64,000 nucleotides of DNA from Gammaproteobacteria bacterium. GTDB lineage: Bacteria; Pseudomonadota; Gammaproteobacteria; Pseudomonadales; PIVM01. Below are positions 7,444 to 14,421 of this stretch, in pieces (position 1 is the first letter of the stretch; every line of letters begins with the position of its first letter). A program made the position numbers and the translations under genes. The stretch covers positions 21,351-85,350 of the forward strand of contig PIVM01000005.1 in NCBI GenBank assembly GCA_003353945.1, in the 5' to 3' direction. Below the pieces are notes generated by a model. It was not told the origin of the DNA. It saw nothing but the letters and a program-made list of their open reading frames with translations, and ran no database searches.

Positions 7444-10400
7444 TTACTCTCCGCTACGCACCAACCGCACACCATAAGGGCAGGAGCGGCCATCAGCGCT
7501 GGTGCTGTCACTGTCATAAAAAAAGTCGACTAGCCACGCGTCGTCTGAAAAGCCAGCATACGCCGAAGACGACCAGTATCCGTATCCGTAATCCGGCCAC
7601 CGGTTTCCACAATACTCTTCCGGTAGTGTATATCGTGTATTGGGAAAATACGCCGTATCAATGGCCGAATTGTATGCATTTAAATTAACCAGACCTTCCA
7701 GTTCATTTATCGACGGCACACGCCAGTCAGTAAAGCCGCATAGTTCATATTTATTACTAACCTCGACCAGTTCATTCCAGCTACCTTTACCGTCATAACG
7801 CGTCCCATACCCTGCTGTAAGCAATGCCGTCTTACCACCCCAGAGGTATAATCGACCCGCATCGTGAACTCCCTCGTCATTCGTTTTCACTTCCCACACC
7901 AGACCGGTCACATTATCGCGCACACAGGCCCATGGCTGTGTGCTATAGTCGAGCGACTGGTTTTCCAATGCTTTTCCATCGTCACCCATTTTCGTGTAGC
8001 TAAAACCTGCATGACCATCACTATCATTGTTATGGGTAGCATCTCGCCCATGAGAACAATCCTGCTGGCCAATGGTTTCACCATCACAGCCTTCACTGTT
8101 GCCGGATGGGTAGCTGCCACCGAAGGTGAGACCGGTGTCATTGAGCATCGTCTTTGTTGTGTTAATATCAAGTTTAATGTCTCTGATAGCCACACTGTCA
8201 TTGTTTTCTTGGACAATGCTGAGCACTGCCTGACCATCAATAAGAATGACCAGATCATTGACTGAGAAGGTGAACTTCCATGGTTCAAAGCGGCCATCCT
8301 CTTGCCAACAAAGCGCGCCTTCTTCACATTCTGTAATCAGCACACCATCAAGGTATACACGAACCGGTGCTGAACTATCAAATCCGCTACCACCCCATTC
8401 ACCTGAGATACGGGCACCCGTAATGACTTGATTGACTGGCACAGTAAAATTCAAATTCTGAACCTCACCCCAGTCATAGGGATAATCACCTTCTCCACAT
8501 TTGGGCCAGCAGGGGGGTGTTAGAAAGACATCACTAAGCGCAATTTCTATCAAATCGTCACAAACATCACCGATGCCATTTCCGTTTTTGTCTGCTTGAT
8601 CCTTATTTGGAATGTTCGGACAGTTATCCCCCCCTACTCCATCATCGTTTGCTAGATCATAGTATTCATCACCATCCGTATCGGCACACGCTCCTGGATT
8701 ATTATCTGCTCGTTTGACTTCCGGACAGTTATCATCCATCAACGCAATCCCATCACCATCTGCATCCGGACCTCGAGGCGTTGGATCGCAAGCATTGCCC
8801 AGGCTGTCATTATCGTCATTTGCCTGAGAGCTGTTGTGGTGTGAGGGACAGTTGTCAGTGCTATTCGGCACGTTATCACCGTCCTTATCCGAATCGCATA
8901 CATCACCCAGACCATCACCATCCATGTCTGCTTGATCACCATTGGAAGTATTGAGGCAATTATCAGTAGAATCTTCCACCCCATCACTATCGCTGTCGTT
9001 AAAAGTGTCACAAGCATCACCAATGCCGTCACCGTCCACATCAGACTGGCTGGAATTTGACACGGAAGGGCAGTTATCCCCGGTGTTATTCGCACCGTCA
9101 CCGTCCTTATCCAGATCGCAGACATCACCCAGATCGTCACCGTCCAGATTGACCTGATCACCATTGGGTGTATTGAGGCAATTATCAGTAGAATCTACCA
9201 CCCCATCACTATCGCTGTCGTTAAAAGTGTCACAAGCATCACCAATGTCATCGCCATCCACATCAGACTGACTGGGATTTGACACGGAAAGACAGTTATC
9301 CCCACTGTTATTATTTCCATCACCATCCAGATCCGAATCACAGACATCACCCAGACCGTCACCGTCCAGATCAGCTTGATCACCATTGGGTATATTGAGG
9401 CAATTGTCAGTGGAATCTACCACCCCATCACTATCACTGTCGTTGAACGTGTCACAGGCATCACCAATGCCATCGCCGTCCACATCAGACTGACTGGGAT
9501 TTGAAACGGAAGAGCAGTTATCCCCGGTGTTATCCTTTCCATCACCATCTTTGTCCAGATCGCAGACATCACCCAAATCGTCACCGTCCAGGTTAGCCTG
9601 ATCCTCATTGGGGGTATTGAGGCAATTATCAGTAGAATCTGCCACCCCATCATTATCGCTGTCATTGAACGTGTCACAGGCATCACCGGTCCCATCGCCA
9701 TCCACATCTGCCTGACTGGTATTGGAAATGGAAGGACAGTTATCCCCGGTATTATTCACACCATCACCATCCAGATCCGAATCACAGTTATCGCCTTCGC
9801 CATCGTTATCCTGATCGGCCTGATCGGGATTACTAACAAGTGGGCAGTTGTCAACGCTGCCTAATATCAAGTCGCTATCTTCATCAAGCCTTCCTTGTAT
9901 TTGCATCAACTCTAGTCTGATCATGCCAAGATCAAGCGTGCCGTGCAGTTGCTCCAGATCATCAATTAATACTTGCATTTTCGCAAACACATGCAAGATA
10001 GAAATCGAACCGACACCGCTGCCGCTAATCGGCAAAAAACTACCTCCGTTGCCAGCAAAACTCGTGGACAGTGCAGTCATGCCTGCACCAATATTGGTAA
10101 ACCCCTGGTCCATCAAAACGCCCATCAGTGCCGCCGAAACCAGAGCCGCTTTTTGCGCGATCGGTGTCGCTTTACCAAAGGCTTGCTCATCAGTGATATC
10201 GACCACTTCAAGTTCCGTTAAACTGCCTTCGCCTGTATCGATTTCAAAATACTCTGCAACCAACTGATTGGCCTGCTCTACAACTTCACTGGTAATAACC
10301 GATTGAATTTCAGCCAACTTAGCCGCCATATCGGTAAGTGGAGAGACATTCACGATGATAGGCTCGTCATCGGCAGAAGTATCACTGGCAGGGTCCGCTA

Positions 10401-10791
10401 TCGAAGACAATAAAAAATCATCATCCAAGGCGAATCGCGCGCCAAAATCGACTTGATTTCCCTGTCTGTCCAGACAACCCTTAGTGAGATCACAGACCAT
10501 GCGAGTCTGCTCATCTGCACGCACATCCACCCTGAAAATAACCGGATCACCACAAATCTCAGTTTGGTACTGACCCTGCTCATCGGTAATCGTATCGACG
10601 GGTTCGGCGGATGATTGGGAATTTGATTCGACGGGTTGCACCTGGACCTTGCCACCGATCAGCAAGCCCTTGGCTACTTTGCCGCTGACCTGCCGACATT
10701 GATCTGGTGCCGCACCACCAGAAGAAGAACCACCACCACAACCGGCAATGACTAAAAGACAGATCAGCAAGGACGATGCGAGTTTGTTCAC
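7444..10791 (-). CDS. giant lipoprotein: shared N-terminal domain, TSP3 repeats, unknown beta-rich domain, C-terminal DUF1566 domain
   Basis: 1115-aa ORF with a GTG start in the same context as its paralogue. Lipobox LVIAG-C GGGSS. The N-terminal roughly 330 aa are colinear with the 1212-aa protein. About 12 DNCxxxxNxxQ motifs. C-terminus carries TDWRVPSINELEGL ... VRLVRSGE. Confidence 0.85.
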   Translation of the reverse strand: MNKLASSLLICLLVIAGCGGGSSSGGAAPDQCRQVSGKVAKGLLIGGKVQVQPVESNSQSSAEPVDTITDEQGQYQTEICGDPVIFRVDVRADEQTRMVCDLTKGCLDRQGNQVDFGARFALDDDFLLSSIADPASDTSADDEPIIVNVSPLTDMAAKLAEIQSVITSEVVEQANQLVAEYFEIDTGEGSLTELEVVDITDEQAFGKATPIAQKAALVSAALMGVLMDQGFTNIGAGMTALSTSFAGNGGSFLPISGSGVGSISILHVFAKMQVLIDDLEQLHGTLDLGMIRLELMQIQGRLDEDSDLILGSVDNCPLVSNPDQADQDNDGEGDNCDSDLDGDGVNNTGDNCPSISNTSQADVDGDGTGDACDTFNDSDNDGVADSTDNCLNTPNEDQANLDGDDLGDVCDLDKDGDGKDNTGDNCSSVSNPSQSDVDGDGIGDACDTFNDSDSDGVVDSTDNCLNIPNGDQADLDGDGLGDVCDSDLDGDGNNNSGDNCLSVSNPSQSDVDGDDIGDACDTFNDSDSDGVVDSTDNCLNTPNGDQVNLDGDDLGDVCDLDKDGDGANNTGDNCPSVSNSSQSDVDGDGIGDACDTFNDSDSDGVEDSTDNCLNTSNGDQADMDGDGLGDVCDSDKDGDNVPNSTDNCPSHHNSSQANDDNDSLGNACDPTPRGPDADGDGIALMDDNCPEVKRADNNPGACADTDGDEYYDLANDDGVGGDNCPNIPNKDQADKNGNGIGDVCDDLIEIALSDVFLTPPCWPKCGEGDYPYDWGEVQNLNFTVPVNQVITGARISGEWGGSGFDSSAPVRVYLDGVLITECEEGALCWQEDGRFEPWKFTFSVNDLVILIDGQAVLSIVQENNDSVAIRDIKLDINTTKTMLNDTGLTFGGSYPSGNSEGCDGETIGQQDCSHGRDATHNNDSDGHAGFSYTKMGDDGKALENQSLDYSTQPWACVRDNVTGLVWEVKTNDEGVHDAGRLYLWGGKTALLTAGYGTRYDGKGSWNELVEVSNKYELCGFTDWRVPSINELEGLVNLNAYNSAIDTAYFPNTRYTLPEEYCGNRWPDYGYGYWSSSAYAGFSDDAWLVDFFYDSDSTSADGRSCPYGVRLVRSGE
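8810..9700 (-). repeat. about 4 tandem in-frame copies of a 222-nt (74-aa, two TSP3 units) coding repeat
   Basis: The anchor ttgaggcaatt recurs at 8951, 9173, 9395 and 9617, an exact 222-nt period. The protein repeat DACDTFNDSD(S/N)DGV.DSTDNCLN... occurs four times. Confidence 0.8.
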
Positions 10792-11190
10792 GTTTCAGTA
10801 CCCCTAAATAGTTTCCACTCCCTGGACTGCTGCCCCCTAACGTTGAACCAGCATACTATTATGGTTCGGGGTTTCGACTCATACGGAAAAAGTCGCTTTT
10901 TACAGATACCAGGAGACTTCCTTTAAATGATAATTTTTTTGTTTTAGGTGTTTTTTCAAGGCTGGCTTTAACCTAACTTCAGGCTTTTTGCATACCGCTA
11001 CTTAGCACCATAGGTTATAAAATGACCGCCATAATACCCAAATTGTGTTATTTCATGCAATTGTTTTTTGTAATACCCATACCTAGGGTCTGAAAAGAAA
11101 TAACTTAGCTTCATATACCCCAGACAACTCAGTAAGGTGTAAAAATCAATTTTCAACACTGATTGCTTTTATCCAGCATCGGCAAGCAAA

Positions 11191-11209
11191 TAGCAATACA
11201 TATGCCAAC
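11191..11209 (-). promoter_or_regulatory. sigma-54 (-24/-12) promoter TGGCAT-ATGTA-TTGCTA
   Basis: This is the reverse complement of tagcaatacatatgccaac. It shares the flanks TAGCAAT-N4-ATGCCAACTTT with the 6525 promoter. It lies about 125 nt from the palindrome centre and about 400 nt upstream of the GTG at 10791, implying a long leader. Confidence 0.6.
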
Positions 11210-11304
11210 TTTATTCCACGGCCAAACAGGCAGCTAACATCACTAATCGACACAAACAGCATGTCAATCCGGTAACTTGCGGGCTTTTACGCTTAGAAGA
11301 GCTG

Positions 11305-11331
11305 TGTGACATGTAATCGAGACATGTCACA
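11305..11331. promoter_or_regulatory. candidate enhancer (UAS): TGTGACATGT-N6-GACATGTCACA
   Basis: An outer inverted repeat, TGTGACA N13 TGTCACA, with the same spacing as 6639-6665. It sits in the divergent region between the giant lipoprotein operon and the EBP gene. Confidence 0.5.
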
Positions 11332-11532
11332 ACAATGCCAATACCCCTATTTTGGTTCTACGATCCTTAATCATGGCATTCGAACCATACTCAAATTATT
11401 GAGCTTTTATCGGCAATACAATCTCCTTGACACAGTCGGCCGCCCCCGCACAGCACTGGATATTTAGCAAACATCGTGATTAAATAAACCGATTAACACC
11501 TCTGCAACGGACAGTGCTTTTTCTTACTAACA

Positions 11533-13143
11533 ATGTCAACAGAACAAACCCTAATCACGCAAAGCCCTGCCACCATACAAACGTCCGAGGTGTTGATTCC
11601 AACGGCGACCATAATCTATCACCCCAATCTTGAACGCATCGGAGAAGAAGCACCACTACTTGAATTGAAACAACATCAATCACAAGATATTTCTCGATTA
11701 ACGCCGGATTTCTCACAACCCTCAACAGATAAAAGCTGCAATATTGCGGACCCTTATATTAGTCGCAAACCGCTTACCCTATCCCTTGTCAATGGTGGCC
11801 TGAGAATAGAGAAATCGGCAGAACTTACGGGTAAAGTTTCGGTAAATGATCGCTTACTGATAACCGAGCTGTTTATCGTAGGTGAAGAATGGCGAAACGG
11901 TGTCATTATTTCAATGAACAACCGTGTTGTCCTTTTTTTACACTTTTCTCCACAGCAACGCGATTTATCATTAAATAAACACGGTTTACTGGGTGAAAGT
12001 TCGGCGATTTGCAAGGTAAGACGAACCATTGAGCGTGTTGCAGATTTGCAAGTCCCCGTACTGATCCGAGGAGAAACAGGCACTGGCAAGGAGCTTGTCG
12101 CGCAGGCATTACATAATAGCAGTCCAAGAAAACACCGAAAGTTTGTCAGCGTCAATGTGGGAGCGATACCGGATACGCTGGCTATTTCTGAGATATTTGG
12201 CGCAAAAAAAGGTGCCTTTACTGGCGCTTCAAAAGATCGAGCTGGCTATTTTCAACAAGCCGATAACAGCACGCTGTTTTTAGATGAAATTGGTGACGCC
12301 AACGAACAAGTACAGGTTGCACTGCTGCGCACACTCGAAACGGGTGAAGTAACACCTGTAGGTAGTACGGGATCTATCCATGTGGATGTTCGGCTAGTAG
12401 CCGCTACGGATGCCAATCTTGAAAAAAAGATTTTGGATGAGCGCTTTCGCAGCCCACTATTACAGCGCTTAGCCGGATTTGAAATTCGCATTCCGCCGCT
12501 ACGCTCACGACGCGACGATATAGGACGTCTCTTTATCTATTTCTTGACCATCGAAATAAATAATGTTGGCGATGAAAAACACCTCGCTAACACATCACAT
12601 CATGTTTCATTTTGGGCAAGTGTTTTTGAAAAAGCCTGTTTATACAACTGGCCAGGGAACATCCGTCAGCTAAAAAACATAGCTCAGCAACTTGCCATTT
12701 ACAATCGTGACGCCGAGCAGTTAACCATTCCAGACCATATTCTTGAGTTATTTTCACTGCAGCCCAAGCAGAATGTCTCTGCACCGGAAACAGCTCAAAC
12801 AGCAAACACACCAGATCCACTAACAGAAGATACCCAGCACGAATCCACCCCTGCCTCACCGCGCCGAAAACCGAGCACTGTTACCGAACAGGAACTATTG
12901 GACGCACTCGAAGCACAACGCTGGGACTTAAAAGGAACAGCCGAGCGACTTAATATTTCACGCGCAGCGCTTTATAAAATAATCGACAACAACCCCTCTG
13001 TACGCACTGCGAGCGATTTCAGTCTTGAAGAACTCAACTCTGCCTATCAAAAGAGCGATGGCGATATTGACGTAATGGTCGATAAACTGAAGGTTTCCAA
13101 AGCAGCACTAAAACGCAGGCTCAAGGATCTTAGCCTAAATTAA
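11533..13143 (+). CDS. sigma-54-dependent transcriptional activator (bacterial enhancer-binding protein, VasH-like by context)
   Basis: AAA+ core with Walker A GETGTGKE, the sigma-54 contact loop GAFTGA, and a DEIG Walker B. C-terminal Fis-type HTH TAERLNISRAALYKII, plus a second HTH-like segment VDKLKVSKAALKRRLKDL. Confidence 0.9.
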   Translation: MSTEQTLITQSPATIQTSEVLIPTATIIYHPNLERIGEEAPLLELKQHQSQDISRLTPDFSQPSTDKSCNIADPYISRKPLTLSLVNGGLRIEKSAELTGKVSVNDRLLITELFIVGEEWRNGVIISMNNRVVLFLHFSPQQRDLSLNKHGLLGESSAICKVRRTIERVADLQVPVLIRGETGTGKELVAQALHNSSPRKHRKFVSVNVGAIPDTLAISEIFGAKKGAFTGASKDRAGYFQQADNSTLFLDEIGDANEQVQVALLRTLETGEVTPVGSTGSIHVDVRLVAATDANLEKKILDERFRSPLLQRLAGFEIRIPPLRSRRDDIGRLFIYFLTIEINNVGDEKHLANTSHHVSFWASVFEKACLYNWPGNIRQLKNIAQQLAIYNRDAEQLTIPDHILELFSLQPKQNVSAPETAQTANTPDPLTEDTQHESTPASPRRKPSTVTEQELLDALEAQRWDLKGTAERLNISRAALYKIIDNNPSVRTASDFSLEELNSAYQKSDGDIDVMVDKLKVSKAALKRRLKDLSLN

Positions 13144-13269
13144 TTCGGCAATATGCCTGCACCTCATCCCGACCCCCGTTATTTCAAAAAACAGTTACTT
13201 CAATAAACAGTGCCAGATCGCTGATATCTGCGCCCCTGACCATCGCCTTATTGATTACGATGTCATTAT

Positions 13270-13444
13270 CCTAGAAAACTCAGTTGAATCTACTGTGAGG
13301 GCCTAAGGCACTAAATCTAGAAGTTTTTTCTAAAATTTTAAACTCACCGTATGGGTGATACTGCTTTCGCTTAAAATTTCAGGAAAAAACTCCTATCTTC
13401 AGCACCTTAAACCCTCTCGCTACGATTCAACTGAGTTTTCTAGG
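13270..13444. mobile_element. MITE-like 175-nt imperfect hairpin element
   Basis: 21-nt terminal inverted repeats: cctagaaaactcagttgaatc (13270-13290) and gattcaactgagttttctagg (13424-13444). The arms are complementary over about 75 nt. ATTAT is present on both flanks, a possible target-site duplication. Confidence 0.55.
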
Positions 13445-13454
13445 ATTATCAAAT

Positions 13455-13488
13455 TGTGACATCCCAGACATGACTATGTCGTGTCACT
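13455..13488. promoter_or_regulatory. degenerate member of the TGTGACA/TGTCACA palindrome family upstream of hcp
   Basis: The sequence is TGTGACATcccaGACATgactATGTCgTGTCACt. It forms nested inverted repeats built from the same GACAT/ATGTC half-sites, about 90 nt upstream of the -24/-12 element at 13554. Confidence 0.35.
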
Positions 13489-13553
13489 TTTAATTGTTAC
13501 GGCAAATACAGTGTAAAGTCACCCAATTCCAAGGCATTTTCGCCATTTATTAT

Positions 13554-13569
13554 TGGCACGGTTATTGAT
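13554..13569 (+). promoter_or_regulatory. sigma-54-like promoter TGGCACG-GTTA-TTGAT
   Basis: The -24 element TGGCACG is perfect and the spacing is correct. The -12 element is TTGA rather than TTGC. It lies about 90 nt upstream of the hcp ATG. Confidence 0.5.
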
Positions 13570-13659
13570 ACTACATAGACAAGAGCTAATACAAGAACTT
13601 AGACAAGCAGTAAGCAATACCAACTAACAAACAAACTACACCCACTGGAGGGTACTAAA

Positions 13660-14142
13660 ATGGCTGTTGATATGTTTTTAAAAATCGAAGGTGTGGATGG
13701 TGAAGCAATCGATCATGCGCACGGTGACGAAATTGATTTGCTAGCCTGGAGTTGGGGCATGAGTCAATCAGGCAGTATGCATGTTGGCACTGGCGGCGGT
13801 GCTGGCAAAGTCAGTGTTCAGGATATCTCACTAACAAAATACATTGATAAATCTACACCCAACCTGATCAAAACTTGCTGCACAGGTAAACACTACCCGG
13901 AAGCTAAAATCACCGTTCGCAAAGCGGGTGACAAGCCGGTTGAATATTACATTATTACGATGACCGATGTATTGGTGACTTCCGTATCCACCGGAGGCAG
14001 CGGTGGCGAAGACCGCTTGACTGAAAATGTATCGCTAAATTTTGCCAAGGTTAAAGTGGAATATACACCGCAGGCGAAAGACGGCAGCGCTGGCGCCACT
14101 ATTGAAACTGTTTTTGATATTGAAGCGAATATCTCAGAATAA
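13660..14142 (+). CDS. tssD: type VI secretion tube protein Hcp (TssD)
   Basis: 160 aa. MAVDMFLKIEGVDGEA..HGDEIDLLAWSWGMSQSG....GGGAGKVSVQDISLTKYIDKSTPNL is the canonical Hcp1-family N-terminus. Strong RBS GGAGGG. Confidence 0.92.
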   Translation: MAVDMFLKIEGVDGEAIDHAHGDEIDLLAWSWGMSQSGSMHVGTGGGAGKVSVQDISLTKYIDKSTPNLIKTCCTGKHYPEAKITVRKAGDKPVEYYIITMTDVLVTSVSTGGSGGEDRLTENVSLNFAKVKVEYTPQAKDGSAGATIETVFDIEANISE

Positions 14143-14160
14143 TCAGGTCGTGCTTTTAAT

Positions 14161-14186
14161 GCCGGTCAATATGGCCGGCTTTTTTG
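14161..14186 (+). terminator. rho-independent terminator of hcp
   Basis: 7-bp stem gccggtc/ggccggc, 5-nt loop, then TTTTTT. Confidence 0.65.
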
Positions 14187-14193
14187 CTATTTA

Positions 14194-14210
14194 GGGTCAG
14201 AGTAAAAACT
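14194..14210. repeat. GGGTCAGAGTAAAAACT repeat unit, shared with the palindrome at 23222..23268
   Basis: The 16-mer GGTCAGAGTAAAAACT is identical to both arms of the 23222 palindrome. The following roughly 80 nt (cctttaactggcgaaccctacgatttaggttttct) loosely resemble one arm of the 13270 element. Confidence 0.5.
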
Positions 14211-14361
14211 CACGGAGTTTCGATCCAGCCTTTAACTGGCGAACCCTACGATTTAGGTTTTCTTCGATTTCGTTTTCAAAACACTCACTGCCAAATACAG
14301 AACCCTGATTTAAACTTGTTCGAATATCTTTTACCAACATCTGATCTAGCTGAACCAAAGC

Positions 14362-14399
14362 AAAAAAAAGCCCCATGCAAAAAACATGGGGCTTTTTTT
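14362..14399. terminator. bidirectional rho-independent terminator
   Basis: Stem gccccatg/catggggc (14370-77 / 14385-92), flanked by an A-run on one side and a T-run on the other. It lies between convergent hcp and the 14422..17589 gene. Confidence 0.7.
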
Positions 14400-14421
14400 A
14401 CTTATTTATCCAAAACAACGT

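Noticed and set aside
1350-7700. A diversity-generating retroelement targeting the DUF1566 C-termini. C-type-lectin-fold DUF1566 domains are, to my recollection, among known DGR variable-protein scaffolds.
   Set aside because: No reverse transcriptase ORF (no YxDD motif) is in the window. No non-coding template repeat nearly identical to any of the four C-terminal regions was seen. The four C-termini differ by ordinary divergence, not by adenine-specific substitutions.
8810-9700. Regularly spaced DNA repeats (222-nt and 453-nt periods), considered as a possible CRISPR-like array.
   Set aside because: The whole period is repeated, so there are no unique spacers. The repeats are in frame within long ORFs and encode TSP3 units, and no cas genes are present.
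11533-14142. A complete or partial type VI secretion gene cluster.
   Set aside because: Only hcp and a sigma-54 activator are present. No tssA-M, vgrG, PAAR or clpV is in the window. The flanking giant proteins carry Sec/Lol lipoprotein signals, so they are unlikely T6SS cargo.
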